Shown: positions 29,401 to 44,000 of the stretch, in pieces | How positions within the stretch are numbered: position 1 is the stretch's first letter | How the letters are laid out: each line of letters opens with the position of its first letter | Origin: Bugula neritina | Taxonomy: Eukaryota > Animalia > Bryozoa | NCBI GenBank assembly: GCA_964035545.1 | Contig: CAXIUT010000126.1 | Location: forward strand, 62,001-126,000 | Direction of reading: 5' to 3' | DNA length: 64,000 nucleotides | Notes under the pieces: generated by a model | Told to the model about the DNA's origin: nothing | Seen by the model: the letters and a program-made list of their open reading frames with translations, nothing else | Database searches by the model: none | Position numbers and translations under genes: made by a program

Positions 29401-31626
29401 TGTTTCAATATGTTACAGTGTATTTCAGCATGTTGCAGTATATTTCAGTGAGTTGCAGTAAATTCCAGTGTGCTACAACATATTTCAGTGTGTTACAGTA
29501 TATTGCAATGTGTCGCAGTATATTTCAGTATGTTGCAGTATTGTTCAATGTGTTACAGTATATTTCAGTAGTTTACCATACATTTCAGGACGTCGCAGTA
29601 TATTTCAATGTGTTGCAGTGTATTTCAATATGTTACAGTGTATTTCAGTATGTTGTAGTATTATGCGGCGTATTTCAGTATGTTGCAGTATCTTGCAGTA
29701 TATTTCAGCATGTTGCAGTTATTTTCAATGTGTTACAGTATGTTTCAGTATATTACCGTATATTTAGGTATGTTGCAGTATATTTCAATGTGTTGCAGTG
29801 TATTTCAATATGTTCTAGTGTTTTGCAGTGTATTTCAGTTTGTTACAGTGTATTTCAGTATGTTGCAGTATGTTGCAGTATGTTTCAATATGTTACAGTG
29901 TATTTCAGCATGTTGCAGTATATTTCAGTGAGTTGCAGTGTATTTCAGTGTGCTACAGCATATTTCAGTATGTTACAGTATATTGCAATGTGTCGCAGTA
30001 TATTTCAGTAGGTTGCAGTATTTTTCAATGTGTTACAGTATATTTCATTAGTTTACCATATATTTCGGTGTGTTGCAGTATATTTCAATGTGTTGCAGTG
30101 TATTTCAATATGTTACAGTGTATGTCAGCATGTTGTAGTTTTTTGCAGAATATTTCAGTGTGTTGCAGTGTACTTCAGTATTTTGCAGTATTTTTCAATG
30201 TGTTACAGTATATTTCGGTATATTACCGTATATTTAGGTATGTTTCAGTATATTTCAATCTGTTGCAGTGTATTTCAATATGTTGTAGTATGTTGCAGTG
30301 TATTTCAGTATGTTACAGTGTATTTCAGTATGTTGCAGTATATTTCAGTATGTTACAGTGTATTTCAGTATGTTGCAGTATATTTCAGTGTGTTACAGTG
30401 TATTTCAGTATGTTGTAGTATATTTCAGTGTGTCACAGTATATTTCAGTATGTTGCAGTATTTTTCAATGTGTTGCAGTGTGTTTCAATATGTTACAGCG
30501 TATTTCAGTATGTTGCAGTGTATTTCAGTATGTAGCAGGGTATTTCAGTATGTTGCAGTGCATTTCAGTATGCTACAGCATATTTCAGTATGTTGCAGTA
30601 TATTGCAATGTGTCGCAGTATATTTCAGTATGTTGCTGTATATTTCAATGTGTTACAGTATATTTCAGTAGTTTACCATACATTTCGGTACGTTGCAGTA
30701 TATTTCAATGTGTTGCAGTGTATTTCAATATGTTACAGTGTATTTCAGTATGTTGTAGTATTTTGCCTCGTATTTCAGTAATTTGCAGTATCTTGCAGTG
30801 TATTTCAGTATGTTGCAGTATTTTTCAATGTGTTACCGTATATTTCAGTATATTACCATATATTTAGGTATGTTGCAGTATATTTCAATGTGTTGCAGTG
30901 TATTTCAATATGTTCTAGTAATTTGTGGTGTATTTCAGTATGTTACAGTGTACTTCAGTATGTTGCAGTATGTTTCAATATGTTACAGTGTATTTCAGTA
31001 TTTTGCAGTATATTTCAGTGAGTTGCAGTGTATTTCAGTGTGCTACAGCATATTTCAGTATGTTGCAGTATATTGCAATGTGTCGCAGTATGTTGCAGTA
31101 TTTTTCAATGTGTTACAGTATATTTCAGTAGTTTACCATATATTTCGGTATGTTGCAGTATATTTCAATGTGTTGCAGTGTATATCAATATGTTACAGTG
31201 TATTTGAGCATGTTGTAGTATTTTGCAGTGTATTTCAGTATGTTACAGTGTATTTCAGTATGTTGCAGTATGTTTCAATATGTTACAGTGTATTTCAGTA
31301 TTTTGCAGTATATTTCAGTGAGTTGCAGTGTATTTCAGTGTGCTACAGCATATTTCAGTATGTTACAGTATATTGCAATGTGTCGCAGTGTATTTCAGTA
31401 CGTTGCAGTATTTTTCAAGGTGTTACAGTATATTTCAGTAGTTTACCATATATTTCGGTATGTTGCAGTATATTTCAATGTGTTGCAGTGTATATCAATA
31501 TGTTACAGTGTATTTGAGCATGTTGTAGTATTTTGCAGTGTATTTCAGTGTGTTGCAGTGTATTTCAGTATTTTGCAGTATTTTTCAATGTGTTACAGTG
31601 TATTTCGGTATATTACCGTATATTTA
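12962..31626 (+). repeat. 9220-bp tandem higher-order duplication (about 12962-22181 and 22182-31626)
   Basis: Constant 9220 offset (13300/22520, 15610/24830, 18030/27250, 19598/28818, 22008/31228). Shared rare variants TGTCTCAGTA at 19811/29031 and TGTGGCAGTA at 19981/29201. Confidence 0.93.
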
Positions 31627-34600
31627 GGTATGTCGCAGTATATTTCAGTATGTTGCTGTATGTTTCAGTGTGTTGCAGTATATTTCATTTAGTTGCAGTG
31701 TATTTCAATTTGTTCCAGTGTATGTCAGTATAATGCAGTATGTTGCAGTGTGTTTCAGTATGTTACAGTGTATTTCAGTATGTTGCAGTATCTTGCAGTA
31801 CATTTCAGTATGTTTTAGTATGTAGCAGTGTATTTCAGTATGTTGCAGTATATTTCAGTATGTTGCAGTATATTTCAGTGTGTTACTGTTTTTTCCAGTA
31901 TGTTACAACACATTTCCGTATATTAAACTATATTTCAGCGAGTTACAGTATATTTCAATGTGTTGCAGTGTATTGCAATATGTTACAGCGTATTTCGGTA
32001 TGTTGCAGTGTGTTGCAGTGTAATTCAGTATATTACATTGTATTTCAGTGTGTTGCAGTTCATTTCAATATGTGGCAGGGTATTTCAGTATAGTGCAGTG
32101 TATTTCAGTATGCTACAGCATATTTCAGTATGTTGCAGTATATTGCAATGTGTCGCAGTATGTTGCAGTATTTTTCAATGTGTTACAGTATATTTCAGTA
32201 GTTTACCATATATTTCGGTATGTTGCAGTATATTTCAATGTGTTGCAGTGTATATCAATATGTTACAGTGTATTTGAGCATGTTGTAGTATTTTGCAGTG
32301 TATTTCAGTATGTTACAGTGTATTTCAGTATGTTGCAGTATGTTTCAATATGTTACAGTGTATTTCAGTATTTTGCAGTATATTTCAGTGAGTTGCAGTG
32401 TATTTCAGTGTGCTACAGCATATTTCAGTATGTTACAGTATATTGCAATGTGTCGCAGTGTATTTCAGTATGTTGCAGTATTTTTCAAGGTGTTACAGTA
32501 TATTTCAGTAGTTTACCATATATTTCGGTATGTTGCAGTATATTTCAATGTGTTGCAGTGTATATCAATATGTTACAGTGTATTTGAGCATGTTGTAGTA
32601 TTTTGCAGTGTATTTCAGTGTGTTGCAGTGTATTTCAGTATTTTGCAGTATTTTTCAACGTGTTACAGTGTATTTCGGTATATTACCGTATATTTAGGTA
32701 TGTCGCAGTATATTTCAGTATGTTGCCGTATGTTTCAGTGTGTTGCAGTATATTTCATTTAGTTGCAGTGTATTTCAATTTGTTCCAGTGTATGTCAGTA
32801 TAATGCAGTATGTTGCAGTGTGTTTCAGTATGTTACAGTGTATTTCAGTATGTTGCAGTATCTTGCAGTACATTTCAGTATGTTTTAGTATGTAGCAGTG
32901 TATTTCAGTATGTTGCAGTATATTTCAGTATGTTGCAGTATATTTCAGTGTGTTACTGTTTTTTCCAGTATGTTACAACACATTTCCGTATATTAAACTA
33001 TATTTCAGCGAGTTACAGTATATTGCAATGTGTCGCAGTGTATTTCAGTATGTTGCAGTATTTTTCAAGGTGTTACAGTATATTTCAGTAGTTTACCATA
33101 TATTTCGGTATGTTGCAGTATATTTCAATGTGTTGCAGTGTATTTCAATGTGTTACAGTGTATTTGAGCATGTTGTAGTATTTTGCAGTGTATTTCAGTG
33201 TGTTGCAGTGTATTTCAGTATTTTGCAGTATTTTTTAAATGTGTTACAGTGTATTTCGGTATATTACCGTATATTTAGGTATGTCGCAGTATATTTCAGT
33301 ATGTTGCCGTATGTTTCAGTGTGTTGCAGTATATTTCATTTAGTTGCAGTGTATTTCAATTTGTTCCAGTGTATGTCAGTATAATGCAGTATGTTGCAGT
33401 GTGTTTCAGTATGTTACAGTGTATTTCAGTATGTTGCAGTATCTTGCAGTACATTTCAGTATGTTTTAGTATGTAGCAGTGTATTTCAGTATGTTGCAGT
33501 ATTTTTCAATGTGTTGCAGTGTATTTCAATATGTTACAGCGTATTTCAGTATGTTGCAGTGTATTTCAGTATGTAGCAGGGTATTTCAGTATGTTGCAGT
33601 GCATTTCAGTATGCTACAGCATATTTCAGTATGTTGCAGTATATTGCAATGTGTCGCAGTATATTTCAGTATGTTGCTGTATATTTCAATGTGTTACAGT
33701 ATATTTCAGTAGTTTATCATACATTTCGGTACGTTGCAGTATATTTCAATGTGTTGCAGTGTATTTCAATATGTTACAGTGTATTTCAGTATGTTGTAGT
33801 ATTTTGCCGCGTATTTCAGTATGTTGCAGTATCTTGCAGTGTATTTCAGTATGTTGCAGTATTTTTCAATGTGTTACCGTATATTTCAGTATATTACCAT
33901 ATATTTAGGTATGTTGCAGTATATTTCAATGTGTTGCAGTGTATTTCAATATGTTCTAGTAATTTGTGGTGTATTTCAGTATGTTACAGTGTATTTCAGT
34001 ATGTTGCAGTATGTTTCAATATGTTACAGTGTATTTCAGTATTTTGCAGTATATTTCAGTGAGTTGCAGTGTATTTCAGTGTGCTACAGCATATTTCAGT
34101 ATGTTGCAGTATATTGCAATGTGTCGCAGTATGTTGCAGTATTTTTCAATGTGTTACAGTATATTTCAGTAGTTTACCATATATTTCGGTATGTTGCAGT
34201 ATATTTCAATGTGTTGCAGTGTATATCAATATGTTACAGTGTATTTGAGCATGTTGTAGTATTTTGCAGTGTATTTCAGTATGTTACAGTGTATTTCAGT
34301 ATGTTGCAGTATGTTTCAATATGTTACAGTGTATTTCAGTATTTTGCAGTATATTTCAGTGAGTTGCAGTGTATTTCAGTGTGCTACAGCATATTTCAGT
34401 ATGTTACAGTATATTGCAATGTGTCGCAGTGTATTTCAGTATGTTGCAGTATTTTTCAAGGTGTTACAGTATATTTCAGTAGTTTACCATATATTTCGGT
34501 ATGTTGCAGTATATTTCAATGTGTTGCAGTGTATATCAATATGTTACAGTGTATTTGAGCATGTTGTAGTATTTTGCAGTGTATTTCAGTGTGTTGCAGT

Positions 34601-37600
34601 GTATTTCAGTATTTTGCAGTATTTTTTAAATGTGTTACAGTGTATTTCGGTATATTACCGTATATTTAGGTATGTCGCAGTATATTTCAGTATGTTGCCG
34701 TATGTTTCAGTGTGTTGCAGTATATTTCATTTAGTTGCAGTGTATTTCAATTTGTTCCAGTGTATGTCAGTATAATGCAGTATGTTGCAGTGTGTTTCAG
34801 TATGTTACAGTGTATTTCAGTATGTTGCAGTATCTTGCAGTACATTTCAGTATGTTTTAGTATGTAGCAGTGTATTTCAGTATGTTGCAGTATATTTCAG
34901 TATGTTGCAGTATATTTCAGTGTGTTACTGTTTTTTCCAGTATGTTACAACACATTTCCGTATATTAAACTATATTTCAGCGAGTTACAGTATATTTCAA
35001 TGTGTTGCAGTGTATTGCAATATGTTACAGCGTATTTCGGTATGTTGCAGTGTGTTGCAGTGTAATTCAGTATATTACATTGTATTTCAGTGTGTTGCAG
35101 TTCATTTCAATATGTAGCAGGGTATTTCAGTATAGTGCAGTGTATTTCAGTATGCTACAGCATATTTCAGTATGTTGCAGTATATTGCAATGTGTCGCAG
35201 TATATTTCAGTATGTTGCAGTACGTTGCAGTATGTTTCAATATGTTACGGTGTATTTCAGTATGTTGCAGTATATTTCAGTGAGTTGCAGTGTATTTCAG
35301 TGTGCTACAGCATATTTCAGTATGTTACAGTATATTGCAATCTGTCGCAGTATATTTCAGTTTGTTGCAGTGTTTTTCAATGTGTTACAGTATATTTCAT
35401 TAGTTTACCATATATTTCGGTATGTTGCAGTATATTTCAATATGTTACAGTGTATTTCAGCATGTTGTAGTTTTTTGCAGAATATTTCAGTGTGTTGCAG
35501 TGTACTTCAGTATTTTGCAGTATTTTTCAATGTGTTACAGTATATTTCGGTATATTACCGTATATTTAGGTATGTTTCAGTATATTTCAATCTGTTGCAG
35601 TGTATTTCAATATGTTGTAGTATGTTGCAGTGTATTTCAGTATGTTACAGTGTATTTCAGTATGTTGCAGTATATTTCAGTATGTTACAGTGTATTTCAG
35701 TATGTTGCAGTATAATTCAGTGTGTTACAGTGTATTTCAGTATGTTGTAGTATATTTCAGTGTGTTACAGTATATTTCAGTATGTTGCAGTATTTCTCAA
35801 TGTGTTAAAGTGTATTTCAGTAGTTTACCATATATTTCGGAATGTTGCAGTATATTCCAGTGTGTTGCAGTGTATTTCAATATGTTACAGCGCATTTCAG
35901 TATGTTGCAGTGTATTTCAGTATGTAGCAGGGTATTTCAGTATGTTGCAGTGCATTTCAGTATGCTACAGCATATTTCAGTATGTTGCAGTATATTGCAA
36001 TGTGTCGCAGTATATTTCAGTATGTTGCTGTATATTTCAATGTGTTACAGTATATTTCAGTAGTTTACCATACACTTCGGTACGTTGCAGTATATTTCAA
36101 TGTGTTGCAGTGTATTTCAATATGTTACAGTGTATTTCAGTATGTTGTAGTATTTTGCCGCGTATTTCAGTATGTTGCAGTATCTTGCAGTGTATTTCAG
36201 TATGTTGCAGTATTTGTCAATGTGTTACCGTATATTTCAGTATATTACCATATATTTAGGTATGTTGCAGTATATTTCAATGTGTTGCAGTGTATTTCAA
36301 TATGTTCTAGTAATTTGCAGTGTATTTCAGTATGTTACAGTGTATTTCAGTATGTTGCAGTATGTTTCAATATGTTACAGTGTATTTCAGTATTTTGCAG
36401 TATAATTCAGTGAGTTGCAGTGTATTTCAGTGTGCTACAGCATATTTCAGTATGTTACAGTATATTGCAATGTGTCGCAGTATATTTCAGTATGTTGCAG
36501 TATTTTTCAATGTGTTACAGTATATTTCATTAGTTTAGCATATATTTCGGTGTGTTGCAGTATATTTCAATGTGCTGCAGTGTATTTCAATATGTTACGG
36601 TGTAATTCAGCATGTTGTAGTTTTTTGCAGAGTATTTCAGTGTGTTGCAGTGTACTTCAGTATTTTGCAGTATTTTTCAATGTGTTACAGTATTTTTCGG
36701 TATATTACCGTATATTTAGGTATGTTTCAGTATATTTCAATCTGTTGCAGTGTATTTCAATATGTTGTAGTATGTTGCAGTGTATTTCAGTATGTTACAG
36801 TGTATTTCAGTATGTTGCAGTATATTTCAGTATGTTACAGTGTATTTCAGTATGTTGCAGTATATTTCAGTGTGTTACAGTGTATTTCAGTATGTTGTAG
36901 TATATTTCAGTGTGTTACAGTATATTTCAGTATGTTGCAGTACTTTTCAATGTGTTAAAGTGTATTTCAGTAGTTTACCATATATTTCGGTATGTTGCAG
37001 TATATTTCAATGTGTTGCAGTGTATTTCAATATGTTACAGCGTATTTCAGTATGGTGCAGTGTATTTCAGTATGCAGCAGGGTATTTCAGTATGTTGCAG
37101 TGCATTTCGGTATGCTACAGCATATTTCAGTATGTTGCAGTATGTTGCAATGTGTCGCAGTATATTTCAGTATGTTGCTGTATATTTCAATGTGTTGCAG
37201 TATATTTCAGTATGTAGCAGTGTATTTCAGTATGTTGCAGTATATTTCAGTGAGTTGCAGTAAATTTCAGTGTGCTACAACATATTTCAGTGTGTTACAG
37301 TATATTGCAATGTGTCGCAGTATATTTCAGTATGTTGCAGTATTGTTCAATGTGTTACAGTATATTTCAGTAGTTTACCATACATTTCAGGACGTCGCAG
37401 TATATTTCAATGTGTTGCAGTGTATTTCAATATGTTACAGTGTATTTCAGTATGTTGTAGTATTTTGCGGCGTATTTCAGTATGTTGCAGTATCTTGCAG
37501 TATATTTCAGCTTGTTGCAGTTATTTTCAATGTGTTACAGTATGTTGCAGTATATTTCAATGTGTTGCAGTGTATTTCAATATGTTCTTGTGTTTTGCAG

Positions 37601-38061
37601 TGTATTTCAGTTTGTTACAGTGTATTTCAGTATGTTGCAGTATGTTGCAGTATGTTTCAATATGTTACAGTGTATTTCAGCATGTTGCAGTATATTTCAG
37701 TGAGTTGCAGTGTATTTCAGTGTGCTACAGCATATTTCAGTATGTTACAGTATATTGCAATGTGTCGCAGTATATTTCAGTATGTTGCAATATTTTTCAA
37801 TGTGTTACAGTATATTTCATTAGTTTACCATATATTTCGGTGTGTTGCAGTATATTTCAATGTGTTGCAGTGTATTTCAATATGTTGTAGTATGTTGCAG
37901 TGTATTTCAGTATGTTACAGTGTATTTCAGTATGTTGCAGTATATTTCAGTATGTTACAGTGTATTTCAGTATGTTGCAGTATATTTCAGTGTGTTACAG
38001 TGTATTTCAGTATGTTGTAGTATATTTCAGTGTGTTACAGTATATTTCAGTATGTTGCAGT

Positions 38062-41000
38062 ATTTTTCAATGTGTTGCAGTGTATTTCAATATGTTACAG
38101 CGTATTTCAGTATGTTGCAGTGTATTTCAGTATGTAGCAGGGTATTTCAGTATGTTGCAGTGCATTTCAGTATGCTACAGCATATTTCAGTATGTTGCAG
38201 TATATTACAATGTGTCGCAGTATATTTCAGTATGTTGCTGTATATTTCAATGTGTTACAGTATATTTCAGTAGTTTACCATACATTTCGGTACGTTGCAG
38301 TATATTTCAATGTGTTGCAGTGTATTTCAATATGTTACAGTGTATTTCAGTATGTTGTAGTATTTTGCCGCGTATTTCAGTATGTTGCAGTATCTTGCAG
38401 TGTATTTCAGTATGTTGCAGTATTTTTCAATGTGTTACCGTATATTTCAGTATATTACCATATATTTAGGTATGTTGCAGTATATTTCAATGTGTTGCAG
38501 TGTATTTCAATATGTTCTAGTAATTTGTGGTGTATTTCAGTATGTTACAGTGTATTTCAGTATGTTGCAATATGTTTCAATATGTTACAGTGTATTTCAG
38601 TATTTTGCAGTATATTTCATTGAGTTGCAGTGTATTTCAGTGTGCTACAGCATATTTCAGTATGTTGCAAAATATTGCAATGTGTCGCAGTATGTTGCAG
38701 TATTTTTCAATGTGTTACAGTATATTTCAGTAGTTTACCATATATTTCGGTATGTTGCAGTATATTTCAATGTGTTGCAGTGTATATCAATATGTTACAG
38801 TGTATTTGAGCATGTTGTAGTATTTTGCAGTGTATTTCAGTATGTTACAGTGTATTTCAGTATGTTGCAGTATGTTTCAATATGTTACAGTGTATTTCAG
38901 TGTTTTGCAGTATATTTCAGTGAGTTGCAGTGTATTTCAGTGTGCTACAGTATATTTCAGTATGTTACAGTATATTGCAATGTGTCGCAGTGTATTTCAG
39001 TATGTTGCAGTATTTTTCAAGGTGTTACAGTATATTTCAGTAGTTTACCATATATTTCGGTATGTTGCAGTATATTTCAATGTGTTGCAGTGTATATCAA
39101 TATGTTACAGTGTATTTGAGCACGTTGTAGTATTTTGCAGTGTATTTCAGTGTGTTGCAGTGTATTTCAGTATTTTGCAGTATTTTTCAATGTGTTACAG
39201 TGTATTTCGGTATATTACCGTATATTTAGGTATGTCGCAGTATATTTCAGTATGTTGCCGTATGTTTCAGTGTGTTGCAGTATATTTCATTTAGTTGCAG
39301 TGTATTTCAATTTGTTCCAGTGTATGTCAGTATAATGCAGTATGTTGCAGTGTGTTTCAGTATGTTACACTGTATTTCAGTATGTTGCAGTATCTTGCAG
39401 TACATTTCAGTATGTTTTAGTATGTAGCAGTGTATTTCAGTATGTTGCAGTATATTTCAGTATGTTGCAGTATATTTCAGTGTGTTACTGTTTTTTCCAG
39501 TATGTTACAACACATTTCCGTATATTAAACTATATTTCAGCGAGTTACAGTATATTTCAATGTGTTGCAGTGTATTGCAATATGTTACAGCGTATTTCGG
39601 TATGTTGCAGTGTGTTGCAGTGTAATTCAGTATATTACATTGTATTTCAGTGTGTTGCAGTTCATTTCAATATGTAGCAGGGTATTTCAGTATAGTGCAG
39701 TGTATTTCAGTATGCTACAGCATATTTCAGTATGTTGCAGTATATTGCAATGTGTCGCAGTATATTTCAGTATGTTGCAGTACGTTGCAGTATGTTTCAA
39801 TATGTTACGGTGTATTTCAGTATGTTGCAGTATATTTCGGTGAGTTGCAGTGTATTTCAGTGTGCTACAGCATATTTCAGTATGTTACAGTATATTGCAA
39901 TCTGTCGCAGTATATTTCAGTTTGTTGCAGTGTTTTTCAATGTGTTACAGTATATTTCATTAGTTTACCATATATTTCGGTATGTTGCAGTATATTTCAA
40001 TATGTTACAGTGTATTTCAGCATGTTGTAGTTTTTTGCAGAATATTTCAGTGTGTTGCAGTGTACTTCAGTATTTTGCAGTATTTTTCAATGTGTTACAG
40101 TATATTTCGGTATATTACCGTATATTTAGGTATGTTTCAGTATATTTCAATCTGTTGCAGTGTATTTCAATATGTTGTAGTATGTTGCAGTGTATTTCAG
40201 TATGTTACAGTGTATTTCAGTATGTTGCAGTATATTTCAGTATGTTACAGTGTATTTCAGTATGTTGCAGTATATTTCAGTGTGTTACAGTGTATTTCAG
40301 TATGTTGTAGTATATTTCAGTGTGTTACAGTATATTTCAGTATGTTGCAGTATTTCTCAATGTGTTAAAGTGTATTTCAGTAGTTTACCATATATTTCGG
40401 TATGTTGCAGTATATTTCAGTGTGTTGCAGTGTATTTCAATATGTTACAGCGTATTTCAGTATGTTGCAGTGTGTTTCAGTATGTAGCAGGGTATTTCAG
40501 TATGTTGCAGTGCATTTCAGTATGCTACAGCATATTTCAGTATGTTGCAGTATATTGCAATGTGTCGCAGTATATTTCAGTATGTTGCTGTATATTTCAA
40601 TGTGTTACAGTATATTTCAGTAGTTTACCATACACTTCGGTACGTTGCAGTATATTTCAATGTGTTGCAGTGTATTTCAATATGTTACAGTGTATTTCTG
40701 TATGTTGTAGTATTTTGCCGCGTATTTCAGTATGTTGCAGTATCTTGCAGTGTATTTCAGTATGTTGCAGTATTTTTCAATGTGTTACCGTATATTTCAG
40801 TATATTACCATATATTTAGGTATGTTGCAGTATATTTCAATGTGTTGCAGTGTATTTCAATATGTTCTAGTAATTTGCAGTGTATTTCAGTATGTTACAG
40901 TGTATTTCAGTATGTTGCAGTATGTTTCAATATGTTACAGTGTATTTCAGTATTTTGCAGTATATTTCAGTGAGTTGCAGTGTATTTCAGTGTGCTACAG

Positions 41001-44000
41001 CATATTTCAGTATGTTACAGTATATTGCAATGTGTCGCAGTGTATTTCAGTATGTTGCAGTATTTTTCAAGGTGTTACAGTATATTTCAGTAGTTTACCA
41101 TATATTTCGGTATGTTGCAGTATATTTCAATGTGTTGCAGTGTATATCAATATGTTACAGTGTATTTGAGCATGTTGTAGTATTTTGCAGTGTATTTCAG
41201 TGTGTTGCAGTGTATTTCAGTATTTTGCAGTATTTTTCAATGTGTTACAGTGTATTTCGGTATATTACCGTATATTTAAGTATGTCGCAGTATATTTCAG
41301 TATGTTGCCGTATGTTTCAGTGTGTTGCAGTATATTTCATTTAGTTGCAGTGTATTTCAATTTGTTCCAGTGTATGTCAGTATAATGCAGTATGTTGCAG
41401 TGTGTTTCAGTATGTTACAGTGTATTTCAGTATGTTGCAGTATCTTGCAGTACATTTCAGTATGTTTTAGTATGTAGCAGTGTATTTCAGTATGTTGCAG
41501 TATATTTCAGTATGTTGCAGTATATTTCAGTGTGTTACTGTTTTTTCCAGTATGTTACAACACATTTCCGTATATTAAACTATATTTCAGCGAGTTACAG
41601 TATATTTCAATGTGTTGCAGTGTATTGCAATATGTTACAGCGTATTTCGGTATGTTGCAGTGTGTTGCAGTGTAATTCAGTATATCACATTGTATTTCAG
41701 TGTGTTGCAGTTCATTTCAATATGTAGCAGGGTATTTCAGTATAGTGCAGTGTATTTCAGTATGCCACAGCATATTTCAGTATGTTGCAGTATATTGCAA
41801 TGTGTCGCAGTATATTTCAGTATGTTGCTGTATATTTCAATGTGTTGCAGTGTATATCAATATGTTACAGTGTATTTGAGCATGTTGTAGTATTTTGCGG
41901 CGTATTTCAGTATGTTGCAGTATCTTGCAGTATATTTCAGCATGTTGCAGTTATTTTCAATGTGTTACAGTATGTTTCAGTATATTACCGTATATTTAGG
42001 TATGTTGCAGTATATTTCAATGTGTTGCAGTGTATTTCAATATGTTCTAGTGTTTTGCAGTGTATTTCAGTTTGTTACAGTGTATTTCAGTATGTTGCAG
42101 TATGTTGCAGTATGTTTCCATATGTTACAGTGTATTTCAGCATGTTGCAGTATATTTCAGTGAGTTGCAGTGTATTTCAGTGTGCTACAGCATATTTCAG
42201 TATGTTACAGTATATTGCAATGTGTCGCAGTATATTTCAGTATGTTGCAGTATTTTTCAATGTGTTACAGTATATTTCATTAGTTTACCATATATTTCGG
42301 TGTGTTGCAGTATATTTCAATGTGTTGCAGTGTATTTCAATATGTTGTAGTTTTTGCAGAATATTTCAGTGTGTTGCAGTGTACTTTAGTATTTTGCAGT
42401 ATTTTTCAATGTGGTACAGTATATTTCTGTATATTACCGTATATTTAGGTATGTTTCAGTATATTTCAATCTGTTGCAGTGTATTTCAATATGTTGTAGT
42501 ATGTTGCAGTGTATTTCAGTATGTTACAGTGTATTTCAGTATGTTGCAGTATATTTCAGTATGTTACAGTGTATTTCAGTATGTTGCAGTATATTTCAGT
42601 GTGTTACAGTGTATTTCAGTATGTTGTAGTATATTTCAGTGTGTTACAGTATACTTCAGTATGTTGCAGTATTTTTCAATGTGTTGCAGTGTATTTCAAT
42701 ATGTTACAGCGTATTTCAGTATGTTGCAGTGTATTTCAGTATGTAGCAGGGTATTTCAGTATGTTGCAGTGCATTTCAGTATGCTACAGCATATTTCAGT
42801 ATGTTGCAGTATATTGCAATGTGTCGCAGTATATTTCAGTATGTTGCTGTATATTTCAATGTGTTACAGTATATTTCAGTAGTTTATCATACATTTCGGT
42901 ACGTTGCAGTATATTTCAATGTGTTGCAGTGTATTTCAATATGTTACAGTGTATTTCAGTATGTTGTAGTATTTTGCCGCGTATTTCAGTATGTTGCAGT
43001 ATCTTGCAGTGTATTTCAGTATGTTGCAGTATTTTTCAATGTGTTACCGTATATTTCAGTATATTACCATATATTTAGGTATGTTGCAGTATATTTCAAT
43101 GTGTTGCAGTGTATTTCAATATGTTCTAGTAATTTGTGGTGTATTTCAGTATGTTACAGTGTATTTCAGTATGTTGCAGTATGTTTCAATATGTTACAGT
43201 GTATTTCAGTATTTTGCAGTATATTTCAGTGAGTTGCAGTGTATTTCAGTGTGCTACAGCATATTTCAGTATGTTGCAGTATATTGCAATGTGTCGCAGT
43301 ATGTTGCAGTATTTTTCAATGTGTTACAGTATATTTCAGTAGTTTACCATATATTTCGGTATGTTGCAGTATATTTCAATGTGTTGCAGTGTATATCAAT
43401 ATGTTACAGTGTATTTGAGCATGTTGTAGTATTTTGCAGTGTATTTCAGTATGTTACAGTGTATTTCAGTATGTTGCAGTATGTTTCAATATGTTACAGT
43501 GTATTTCAGTATTTTGCAGTATATTTCAGTGAGTTGCAGTGTATTTCAGTGTGCTACAGCATATTTCAGTATGTTACAGTATATTGCAATGTGTCGCAGT
43601 GTATTTCAGTATGTTGCAGTATTTTTCAAGGTGTTACAGTATATTTCAGTAGTTTACCATATATTTCGGTATGTTGCAGTATATTTCAATGTGTTGCAGT
43701 GTATATCAATATGTTACAGTGTATTTGAGCATGTTGTAGTATTTTGCAGTGTATTTCAGTGTGTTGCAGTGTATTTCAGTATTTTGCAGTATTTTTTAAA
43801 TGTGTTACAGTGTATTTCGGTATATTACCGTATATTTAGGTATGTCGCAGTATATTTCAGTATGTTGCCGTATGTTTCAGTGTGTTGCAGTATATTTCAT
43901 TTAGTTGCAGTGTATTTCAATTTGTTCCAGTGTATGTCAGTATAATGCAGTATGTTGCAGTGTGTTTCAGTATGTTACAGTGTATTTCAGTATGTTGCAG

